A stretch of DNA of 47,996 nucleotides, from the NCBI GenBank assembly GCA_052055015.1, contig JBQJIT010000033.1; one strand, given 5' to 3'. The stretch's first letter is position 1, and every line of letters begins with the position of its first letter. Shown one piece after another: positions 10,719 through 19,353 of this stretch. The notes under the pieces are model-generated. The model made no database searches. It was not told the DNA's origin and saw only the letters and a program-made list of their open reading frames with translations. The position numbers and the translations under genes were made by a program. The stretch is from Malassezia furfur. Its lineage: Eukaryota.

Positions 10719-12836
10719 ATGTCGCGAATGCCGCGGCCGTACACACGGCAGCCTTTGCGTGTGAAGAACGGCGGTGCGGAGCTGGAGCGTGTGCCGTCGG
10801 TGCTGGGTACACCGCCGCGTAAGCGTGCGGTGCCCGCGGACGATGTGCATGTTCGCAACATCCCCGAGTATGCGAGCGGCAAGCGTAGCCGCTTGCGGTC
10901 GGCCCAGGACGTGGCGACGACGCACGCGAGCCCCGCAGCGACGACACTGCGCATCGACCATGCGACACGCATGAGCCGGGAGGAGCGGTACCAGCGCGAG
11001 CACCAAAAGGCTGCATCGCAGCGGCAGTGGAAGGAGGCGTTCGTCAAGGCCTTCCCGAAGCTCGTCTTCTACCTCGACCATGTTGACGCCGCACAAAAGG
11101 CGCAGTTTACGCATCAGATCACGCAGCTCGGCGGCACCGTCGAGGCGTTCTTCTCGCGCAGCGTGACGCACGTCGTCACGACGCGCCCCATCCCCATCGC
11201 CCGCGAGAAGGAAAACACGGAGCCACGCAGCGTGCGGCCACGCGCGCTGGCCTCGTCGCAGGCAGCGCCGCCCGCGGTCGCGGGTGGCCCGGTGCACTCG
11301 GACAAGAATCCGCTGGACGACACGACGCCGGCGCTCCCGCCGAGCGATTTGCTGTGCAAGGCGCAGCAGTTTGGGATGAAGATCTGGCGGCAGGACAAGC
11401 TGCAGCACATCCTTTCGTTGCTGCTCGCCGACGATGTGAGCACGGAGGACACGCGGCAGAACTTGTCCGAGATGCTGCACCAGGAGAAGCTGCATGGCAC
11501 GACAGAGCGCGATCCACAGGCGCTGCGGACTGACTACCACTACTTTGGCAAGCACAGCTACTATGTGCTCGTCACCGATGCCACGAACGAACACCGCCCG
11601 ATCGTGGTCGGCGAGTTTGACAAGACGGCGCACGAGGCGCAGCTCAAGCCGCCGCCGTGGCCCGTGCTGTACGGCGACGTCGAGGGCCGCGGTCTGTTTG
11701 TGTACGTCAAGCCCAAGGATCGGCAGCGCCTCGCGGCGCAGGACGCGGACGTGGCGCGGCCGACACCACTGTCGCTCCGCCGCGCCGCGTCGCTTAATCT
11801 CGCGGGTGCGCTGCCGCATGCGCCTGGGTCGTCGCATGCGCCCGGCACTCCGTCGCTGATGGCATCGGACAACAGCATCGCCTTGGCGTCGACGGTCGCA
11901 TCGACGACCTCGGCGTCGCTGCACAGCCAAAGCACGCAGCTGGGCAGCAGCGCGATCGCCGACAAGCGTCTTGCGGAGCTCACGCGCCGCATGCATACCC
12001 CGATCGACCTCAAGCGCGGCGCGGGCAGCGGCGCCGTGGTGCGCCGCATGCTCTCCATGGCACCGAACGAGGCCGAAGGACCTGGGCTGCGCCGTGCGCA
12101 CAGCCTGTCGAGCGCACGCGCGCCGCGCAAGCCGCGCGAAAAGCGGCCGGGGCACTGTGAAAACTGCCGGTGCCGCTTTGAGGACTTTGACGAGCACACA
12201 CGCAGCCGGCGGCACCGCAAGTTTGCGATGGACGAGTCCAACTTTGTCGCGCTCGATGAGCTGCTCCAGCGTGTGCAGCGCGAGCCCGTCGACCAGGGCA
12301 TCTGGGACGCATATACCTGCCACGACACACCAAGCGACGATGTGCCGAGCGCCGCGGATACCGACGCCTATGTAGCGCAGGCGCCGTTTGACTACGTCGC
12401 GGGGAGCGACGTCGACGGTGAGCCGATGGATGCGGATGCGCTCGGCGCCGGCGCCGGCGTGGCGACTGACTCGTCCATCGAGGTCGTGGGCGAGCGGCGC
12501 GCCGACATGGCGGCGCCAACGGTGGCAGAATCGGCCGCGCCGCCTACGACGCTGCGTGCGGACCTAGATGCGATCGTCGCCGAGGTCGAGCAGGCCGCAG
12601 GGGCGGCGGAGGAACACGCCGAGCCGGCAGCGGGCGCTGCCGACGCAAGTGTTGAGCCGGCGGTGGACGCTGCGGACACAGGCATGGAGCCGATGATGGA
12701 CGCTACCGTCGCAGGGGAGGAGCCGGCGGCGCACCTGTCTGCCACATCCGTGACCGAGTCGGCGGCGGCGCCCCTGGCGAGCCCGAGGGCCGAAGAGGCA
12801 TTCTCTGGCGCCATTGACACGCATGCTACGGAATAG
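10719..12836 (+). CDS. DBF4: Dbf4/Dfp1 regulatory subunit of the Cdc7 kinase
   Basis: BRCT-like motif N (FYLD..LGGTVEAFFSRSVTHVVTTR, MKIW), motif M (YVLVTD..HRPIV) and DBF zinc finger GHCENC..FDEH..SRRH. Confidence 0.9.
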   Translation: MSRMPRPYTRQPLRVKNGGAELERVPSVLGTPPRKRAVPADDVHVRNIPEYASGKRSRLRSAQDVATTHASPAATTLRIDHATRMSREERYQREHQKAASQRQWKEAFVKAFPKLVFYLDHVDAAQKAQFTHQITQLGGTVEAFFSRSVTHVVTTRPIPIAREKENTEPRSVRPRALASSQAAPPAVAGGPVHSDKNPLDDTTPALPPSDLLCKAQQFGMKIWRQDKLQHILSLLLADDVSTEDTRQNLSEMLHQEKLHGTTERDPQALRTDYHYFGKHSYYVLVTDATNEHRPIVVGEFDKTAHEAQLKPPPWPVLYGDVEGRGLFVYVKPKDRQRLAAQDADVARPTPLSLRRAASLNLAGALPHAPGSSHAPGTPSLMASDNSIALASTVASTTSASLHSQSTQLGSSAIADKRLAELTRRMHTPIDLKRGAGSGAVVRRMLSMAPNEAEGPGLRRAHSLSSARAPRKPREKRPGHCENCRCRFEDFDEHTRSRRHRKFAMDESNFVALDELLQRVQREPVDQGIWDAYTCHDTPSDDVPSAADTDAYVAQAPFDYVAGSDVDGEPMDADALGAGAGVATDSSIEVVGERRADMAAPTVAESAAPPTTLRADLDAIVAEVEQAAGAAEEHAEPAAGAADASVEPAVDAADTGMEPMMDATVAGEEPAAHLSATSVTESAAAPLASPRAEEAFSGAIDTHATE
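12621..12735 (+). repeat. Degenerate 33-bp (11-aa) tandem repeat in the DBF4 tail
   Basis: GAGCCG recurs at 12621, 12654, 12687 and 12720: EPAAGAADASV/EPAVDAADTGM/EPMMDATVAGE/EPAA. Confidence 0.6.
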
Positions 12837-13020
12837 GAGATATAGCAACGATACCCGCGTGTTGGTGTAGATGGGTGCATTGGCCAGCGAGGGCGTCGGC
12901 GAGCGGCATGCGGCAGTCAGCGCCCCGCATGGCGGCTTGCTCGGGGCGTCTGCTTCCCTTGGGCACACGCCTCCCATGGGCCCCGCCCACTTCTCTGTCT
13001 AAGCCATGCATTCTACCACA

Positions 13021-15687
13021 CTATACCCGCTGGCCTAGCGCCTGCGCCTGCAGCTGCACACGACCACGCCCGCGGCCCTTGCGGCGTGCGTCGCGGCGGT
13101 TCTGGCTGTCGCGGTCGGTGCTGCCCTCGTGCGCGCTGGCATTGGCATTCGAGCCCGTGCTGCTCGAGCGCGAGTCGCCGAGCTTGGCGTCGAGGAGCCA
13201 CTCGTTCTGCTCGAGCATCGCACTCGCACGGTCCGCAAGCGCGAGCGAGAGCTGCTGCACGCGGTTGAGCTCCATGCGCTGGAACACGACGACGTTGTGC
13301 TGCGGGTCGAGCGTCGCCGCCAGCTCGTCGTTCCAAATCATGCGCGACACGATCGAGCGCACGGTCGCCTCAGGCAGCTCAAACGTCTCGGCGAGAAGCG
13401 CGAGCGAGAGCGCGTCGTAGTGGGACGCAAAGTTGAACAGGTAGGTGCGCAGGCCCTCCTCCTGGATGTGCCGCGCGACGCGCGCAAGCACCTGGTCGCG
13501 GTCCGGAATGAGCTTCCAGATCTTGATTGCGTTCACCAGCTCGATGCACGCCTTCCAGTCGCCGTTCTGGAGCGCCTTGCACGCCTGCATCACGTGGTCG
13601 CGCGTGTTTTCGGGGGGGCCGGAGAAGACGAGGCGGTCGTTGTAGTCGAGCATCCGGCGGAAGGGGCGCGAGATGACCCGCTTGCGCAGCTCGGGGTCGG
13701 CACCGGCGTACGCCATGTTGGGCACCTCGAGGAGCATGCTCGCCACCAAGTACACGCACTCGAGCAGCTCGAGGTTGATGTGCATGTGGAAGGGCAGCTG
13801 GCGCTGGCGGTCGAGCTTCTCCTGCTCGGCGCTCACGGGGTTGTACGCCGTGCCCTTCGAGATGCCCTGGGCCAGCAGCTCCTTGACGCGGCCCGTGGTG
13901 AAGATCTCCTGGAGCGCCGCGTGGCACTCCTTGATCAGGCCCACGCGGAACGCACACAGGCCGAGCTGCACCAGCACGCGGTTGTACAGGATCTGCGTCG
14001 CGGCGTCCGCGAGGTGGATCGACTCTTGCAGGTGGCTCATCAGGAAGCGGTCGCGCGCGACGTGGTAGTCCGCGTGCAGCGCGTGGTGGTACACCTGCAT
14101 GAGCATCGCACGCGTGCGCTGGCGCTCGCCCGACACCTCGGGGCGCTCGTAGAGGTACACACACAGCGCGTGGATCAGGCGCGAGGGGCCGTCCGGCTGG
14201 TCGCGCACCTCGGCAAACGGCGGCGTAATGCGCGACGGCGGCAGGGACGCCTGCGCCTCGGCGTTGGCGCTCTCGAGCGCCAGCACGATCACGTCCTGCT
14301 TCGAGTAGATGTGCTCCAGACGGCGCATCACCACGCGGCGCAGCGGCTCCGAGACAAACGTGACCATCTTTTCGGGGAGCGGCTCGGCCAGCACGCCCTC
14401 AAAGTAGCTCTGCGCACGCACAATCGTCTGGTACAGCAGCTTTTCGTCGCCGAGACGCTCGACGTACTCGGTCGCGTGGGGGTCGATGTTCTGCAGGCTC
14501 TTCATAAACTCGTCCTCGAGGCGGTCCACAAAGCTGATCACACTCCCACGCACCGGCACCACGGCGCCCTCGCCGTTCTCGTTGGGGCGGCGCTCGATCT
14601 GGTCGTCGTAGTCGTCCGTCTCCTCCAAGACAATGTACTCCTTGTTCTGCGCCAGGAGCGTCAGCAGCGAGTTGAGCTCGTCGCGCGCCTGGTGCCACAG
14701 GTCAAACGGCATGTAGGCATTCGCCGAGCTGCTGTAGTCGAAGCGCGACGCAATCAGCGCGAGCAGCACACGCACACGCTGGTACGGCGTGCCCGCCGCA
14801 TCGAGCAGCTTGCTCAGCGTGTTGATCTGCTCGCCGCGGTCGGTGCTCTTGCGGCCACGCGCCTCCATCACCGCCGCGAGGCTCTTGAAGAGCGCGTCCG
14901 AGGTCATGCTCGCCTTGCCGCCCTTGCCGACGGTCTGGAACTCGTCGTCGTCCATGGGCTGCTCAGCAGCCGCAGGCACCGGCGCCTCGGCAACCGCCGG
15001 CGCCTTGACGCCTTTGCCAGACACGGGGAACACATCGGGAATCTTGGGCGCCGCCTGCGCGGCCTGCACCTTTTCGTCGTACCCCTCGGGATCAGCGCGG
15101 TACTGCTGCAGCGCCGCATCATTCTCCTTCACCGTCTTCTTCAACTTTTGCTTCATACCGTTCATCGCCTTGGCGTTGGGCGCCTTCATCTTCTTCACGG
15201 CGTCCTTGTCGGCAAGCGACTTCGCCAGGAAGGAGTCCAGGCTCGACAGCAGTTTGATATACGACGACGGGATCGACTCGGCCAGCTTGCGCTGGCGGTC
15301 GCACAGACGCTGCAGCGCATCAAACTCCTTCGAGATGGTCACCCAGTCGTCGATCCGCTGCGCATTCTCAATGTTGTGCACCACGCCCTCAAACTCGTCC
15401 AGGCGCTTGTCCTTGGCACTCTTGATCACCTTGCGCACCTCCTCCTCGCTGTCGCTGTCGCTGTCCGCATCACGCATGAAACGCGACATGGGCTTGCGCG
15501 TCTGCTGCGCGCCCCCATCGCTGTCGCTCTCTTCGTCGCTGTCACTCTCGTCACTCGAGTCGCTCTCGTCCGAACTTTTCTCGTCCTTCTTTCCCTGGGG
15601 CTGCTCGTCATCGGTGAGCAGCTCCTCCTCCTCAGAGGAGGACTCCGACTCGGAATCAGAGATCGCGCGGAAGAAGCGGCTGGACAT
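13021..15687 (-). CDS. NIP1: Translation initiation factor eIF3 subunit c
   Basis: MSSRFF + acidic N-terminus, KSAKDKR, RQLPFHMHINLELLE, GPPENTRDH and PCI domain. The true ATG is at 15687, not 16095. Confidence 0.95.
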   Translation of the reverse strand: MSSRFFRAISDSESESSSEEEELLTDDEQPQGKKDEKSSDESDSSDESDSDEESDSDGGAQQTRKPMSRFMRDADSDSDSEEEVRKVIKSAKDKRLDEFEGVVHNIENAQRIDDWVTISKEFDALQRLCDRQRKLAESIPSSYIKLLSSLDSFLAKSLADKDAVKKMKAPNAKAMNGMKQKLKKTVKENDAALQQYRADPEGYDEKVQAAQAAPKIPDVFPVSGKGVKAPAVAEAPVPAAAEQPMDDDEFQTVGKGGKASMTSDALFKSLAAVMEARGRKSTDRGEQINTLSKLLDAAGTPYQRVRVLLALIASRFDYSSSANAYMPFDLWHQARDELNSLLTLLAQNKEYIVLEETDDYDDQIERRPNENGEGAVVPVRGSVISFVDRLEDEFMKSLQNIDPHATEYVERLGDEKLLYQTIVRAQSYFEGVLAEPLPEKMVTFVSEPLRRVVMRRLEHIYSKQDVIVLALESANAEAQASLPPSRITPPFAEVRDQPDGPSRLIHALCVYLYERPEVSGERQRTRAMLMQVYHHALHADYHVARDRFLMSHLQESIHLADAATQILYNRVLVQLGLCAFRVGLIKECHAALQEIFTTGRVKELLAQGISKGTAYNPVSAEQEKLDRQRQLPFHMHINLELLECVYLVASMLLEVPNMAYAGADPELRKRVISRPFRRMLDYNDRLVFSGPPENTRDHVMQACKALQNGDWKACIELVNAIKIWKLIPDRDQVLARVARHIQEEGLRTYLFNFASHYDALSLALLAETFELPEATVRSIVSRMIWNDELAATLDPQHNVVVFQRMELNRVQQLSLALADRASAMLEQNEWLLDAKLGDSRSSSTGSNANASAHEGSTDRDSQNRRDARRKGRGRGRVQLQAQALGQRV

Positions 15688-15745
15688 CGTCGCTAACGCG
15701 CCCCGCCAGGACGGCGCCGCATCTTTTCTTCTGCCCCCACGTGAA

Positions 15746-15759
15746 GGGTCACGTGACCC
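15746..15759. promoter_or_regulatory. Perfect 14-bp palindrome GGGTCACGTGACCC (bHLH E-box, Cbf1-like) in the NIP1/ATP5 divergent promoter
   Basis: Seen directly; a second CACGTG lies at 15738-15743. Confidence 0.55.
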
Positions 15760-15816
15760 GCGGGCAGCGCCGGGCGCCAGCAGCCCCGAACCGGATCGTG
15801 GCTTTCCTGATCTACC

Positions 15817-16614
15817 ATGGCCTCCCGTTTCGTGCCCCGTGTGCTGAGCCAGGTACGTGCGCGATCGCGCGATGAGAGAGCCGATACTGACCGATCCTAG
15901 ACCCGCGGCTACGCGTCGCAGTCCGCTGCCGTCCGGCCCCCGCTGCAGATCAACACGCTGTCGGGTATGTTTGCGCCTGTTGCGCCCCTTCGATGCTGAC
16001 CACCAGGCCGCTACGCGTCGGCTGCCTACGTCGCCGCTCTCACCAAGGGCGAGAAGACCCTCGAGAAGGTGACCACCGACCTCAAGGGCTTCCACGAGGC
16101 GCTCGGCAGCAACTCGCCCGAGGCTGTGAAGCTGCGCACGTTCCTTACCAACCCGACCATCTCGGCGTCGAACAAGGACCAGGTCTTCTCGGCTCTGAGC
16201 ACCAAGGGTGGTGCGGATGAGATCACGCGGTACGTGGGCCTGTCTGACGCAGCAACCTCTTCGACACCCTGTCGGACAACAACCGCCTGAACCTCACCGA
16301 AAAGGTGATCGACGACTTCCTGCAGCTCATCAGCGCTCACCAGGGTGAGGTCGCGATCCAGATTACGAGCGCCAAGCCGCTCGACAAGTCGACCATCTCG
16401 CGCCTCGAGTCGTCGCTCAAGCAGTCGCAGTTCGCCAGCTCCTCGGACGTGAAGAAGGTCAAGTTCGAGTACAGGGTCAACCCGAGCATCCAGGGTGGCC
16501 TCGAGGTGCACTTCGGTGACCGCACCGTCGACCTCAGCGTGTCGAGCCGGGTCAACAAGCTCAACGCGCTCCTGCGCGGTATGTCGAAGCCACTGACCGA
16601 CAGAGTCGATCTAG
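15817..16614 (+). CDS. ATP5: Mitochondrial ATP synthase subunit 5 (OSCP)
   Basis: Presequence [70 protein letters not shown]. Introns 15853-15900, 15965-16006, 16230-16252 and 16579-16603. Confidence 0.92.
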
Positions 16615-16785
16615 ATATCAGTAGCCGCGATAGCTCGCTCGATTTCTTAGCGATTCACTTGTTGCGAACATGCGTGATTGCACTGCACAATGTGCCGCAT
16701 TGTGCCATTCATAGCACCCAGCATCGTGCGTGTTTGGCACCCGACGCGTCCGACGCCGCAGCGATCGAGGCCTCCACCTGCCAGC

Positions 16786-18246
16786 ATGGCGGATTGGCAC
16801 GCGTACAAGGCTGAGAAGGAAGCGTTTGTCGCGGGGCAGGTCGGCTCATCGGTTGCGCAGATCAATTTTGTGTGTGCTACCGCACTGGCCTCGTACGTGC
16901 TATGGGCATCGGCGCGCCGCTACGCCCTATGTGCCAGCAACCCCGCAACCACTGACTGGCTCCTCCTCGTTGTGCCCATGTCACTCGCCTGTACAGCACT
17001 TTCAGAGCATGTCGGTGCACTGTTTCTTGCGATGTTGGGCCTCGCTGTCATACTGTATACTGCAAGCGGAGCGCCATCGGCGCAGGCAGCATCCGCGGAA
17101 CCCCAACCCAAGGTGGCCCATGCGTCGTCTTCGCAACACCCAGATGATCGCACCGCTACAAAGGCGACGCATGGCCAAGCCTCGCCCGTGCTCACCATCT
17201 ACCGTACCTACCTGATGATTCTCACGGTGCTGTGCATTCTGGCCGTCGATTTCCGCGTCTTTCCTCGTGCCTTTGCCAAGTGTGAGTCGTGGGGGACAAG
17301 TTTGATGGACCTCGGTGTGGGCTCGTTTGTCTTTTCGCATGGTCTCGTCTCGGTGCGTGCCCAGCGACGGCCACAATGGCGGCGCACTGTGCGGCGGACA
17401 CTGCCGTTATGGGTGCTTGGGCTCGCTCGCGTCGTGCTGGTCAAGCGCACAGAATACCCTGAGCATGTGTCCGAGTACGGCGTGCACTGGAACTTTTTCC
17501 TGACGCTCGGCGTCGTGATCCCCGCCATTGATGTGCTCCAGGCATGCATGCCGTGGCCGATGGCCATAGCGGGTGTGGTACTCAGTGCCGTGTATGAAGT
17601 GGTGCTCATGAGGACGCCGCTCGGCGCATGGTCGCTGTCGGACATGCGCGATGCAGCGAGCCTTGTTTCGCTGAACAAGGAAGGTCTTACGAGCTTACCG
17701 GGTATGTCGCTTGCTGACCCAGGGTATTTGGCAATTGCGATGCTCGGTTTGGATGTCGGAACATTTGTGCGCGAGGCAGGCCAAGTAATTCCGCGCCTTG
17801 CATGGCGTACATGCGTGTACTGGGGCTTATATGCGACCGCCGCGGCATGGGGTCTAGTCGCGAGTCGCCGCATGGTACGCCGACGGCTGACCCAGGCGAA
17901 TCTCCCATACGTTCTATGGACGGCCGCATTCAATACGCTCTTTTTGCTATGCTTTTCGGCCTTGCACGCGCTATGGTCTCGTCACGAGCCACGCGCGGCT
18001 TCGGCGCCCGTGCTGTTCGAATGGATCAACCGGCACTCGCTGCTGGTCTTTCTGCTGGTATGCCGCACACTGACGCAGTCGAATGTCGCGACCGGTCTGA
18101 TCAATCTACATATCCAGACGATGCACTGCACGACGCCCGAAGCGATGCTCATCCTTGGTGCCTACCTCGCGCTGGTGCTGGGCGTCGCGCCGTGGGCCAC
18201 GACGCATTGGCCATCTTCGATTAGTCATCGTAAAAACCGACCATGA
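16786..18246 (+). CDS. GWT1: GPI inositol acyltransferase Gwt1 (PIG-W)
   Basis: ILAVDFRVFPRAFAKCESWGTSLMDLGVGSFVFS and EYGVHWNFF. Three 21-nt in-frame introns (17702-17722, 17875-17895, 18058-18078). Confidence 0.95.
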   Translation: MADWHAYKAEKEAFVAGQVGSSVAQINFVCATALASYVLWASARRYALCASNPATTDWLLLVVPMSLACTALSEHVGALFLAMLGLAVILYTASGAPSAQAASAEPQPKVAHASSSQHPDDRTATKATHGQASPVLTIYRTYLMILTVLCILAVDFRVFPRAFAKCESWGTSLMDLGVGSFVFSHGLVSVRAQRRPQWRRTVRRTLPLWVLGLARVVLVKRTEYPEHVSEYGVHWNFFLTLGVVIPAIDVLQACMPWPMAIAGVVLSAVYEVVLMRTPLGAWSLSDMRDAASLVSLNKEGLTSLPGMSLADPGYLAIAMLGLDVGTFVREAGQVIPRLAWRTCVYWGLYATAAAWGLVASRRMVRRRLTQANLPYVLWTAAFNTLFLLCFSALHALWSRHEPRAASAPVLFEWINRHSLLVFLLVCRTLTQSNVATGLINLHIQTMHCTTPEAMLILGAYLALVLGVAPWATTHWPSSISHRKNRP

Positions 18247-19337
18247 TGTACCTGGCGCGAGCGGTGCGGCCGATGCGCGTGCGTGCGCCGATGCGTGCGG
18301 CGCTGTGCCTGCGGACGTATGCGAACAATGCCGATTCGCTTCTGGACCGCCTTACCAACGAGGCTGCACCAGGCGAGACCGTCGAGGACAAGCGGCGTGC
18401 CAAGTTTGATCAGTACAACCGGAAGCTTGCGGCCAAGGCGCAGGAGCGCGGCCTGAGCAGCGTGGAGGAGCTTGCGCAGAAGCACCGCGAGGAGCAGGAG
18501 ATGAAAAAGAAGCTCGAGCGTGAGGAGCTTGCGCGTGCGCATGCGGACCGTGTCGCTGCCGAGACTGCCGCAAAGCAGGGCTCCGTCGAGGAGCGCGACC
18601 GGGCGCTGCAGGAACGGCTGCGGCTGCGACGCCAACAGGAGGAGGCCCGCAAGCTGCAGGCAGAGGGCGAGGAGGCGACGACTGGACCCGTGAAGCCGCT
18701 GTCGTCGTTCCTAGACGTGGTGAAGATTGAGAAAGAGTCGCCGGAGAACATCACCAAACTGTGGGCAAGCTACCATACAATGCGTGGCAAGCTGTCGGCT
18801 GTGATTCCCGCGGAGACTTATGCGCGTATGATTGATACTGCGCGCAAGTATCCCCAGTTTGTCCTGCCGCTGCCCAAGAGCGATGCGGCGGCGGACGAGG
18901 GTGCGGACAGTGCGTTTGAGATGCAGTTCTTGCAGTGGGCGTTCCTGGCGCGCCCGCCGACGGTGTCGACGACGACGCCGCCGCCGTCCGCGGTGCTGTT
19001 TACGTCACTGGCCGAGTACAAGCTGCGGCAGGAGTTTGCGCAGATGTCGCTCGTCCTTACGCACTACACCGAGCTGATCGAGTCCAAGGGCCTCGTGCTA
19101 ATGCGCGGCGACGTCACCGAGCGCCAGACGGCCGAGTCGGACGAGGTGAAGCAGGTGATGGCGCAAAAGGAGGCACAGCTGCTTGCGCTGTGTGCGCAGC
19201 GCTTCTACAACGTCGACTGGAACAAGGCGCTTGACGCACAGGACGAGCTGCGCCGCGAGCTGCTGCACAGCTTCCACCACAACCCCACGCAGTTTTCGCT
19301 CGAGAAGCTCCTCGAGGCATCGTTCCAGCTGGGCTAG
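18243..19337 (+). CDS. ATP11: F1-ATPase assembly chaperone Atp11
   Basis: Mitochondrial presequence, VKPLSSFLD, ARKYPQFVLPLP, VLFTSLAEYKL, KGLVLMRGD. Confidence 0.9.
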   Translation: MMYLARAVRPMRVRAPMRAALCLRTYANNADSLLDRLTNEAAPGETVEDKRRAKFDQYNRKLAAKAQERGLSSVEELAQKHREEQEMKKKLEREELARAHADRVAAETAAKQGSVEERDRALQERLRLRRQQEEARKLQAEGEEATTGPVKPLSSFLDVVKIEKESPENITKLWASYHTMRGKLSAVIPAETYARMIDTARKYPQFVLPLPKSDAAADEGADSAFEMQFLQWAFLARPPTVSTTTPPPSAVLFTSLAEYKLRQEFAQMSLVLTHYTELIESKGLVLMRGDVTERQTAESDEVKQVMAQKEAQLLALCAQRFYNVDWNKALDAQDELRRELLHSFHHNPTQFSLEKLLEASFQLG

Positions 19338-19353
19338 ACACCCTACATACATA

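Noticed and set aside
15688..16095. N-terminal extensions of eIF3c (also ADE6 to 46374, DBF4 from 10503, NSA2 from 5531, U2AF1 to 39771)
   Set aside because: They overlap divergent genes or promoters; conserved N-termini begin at downstream ATGs
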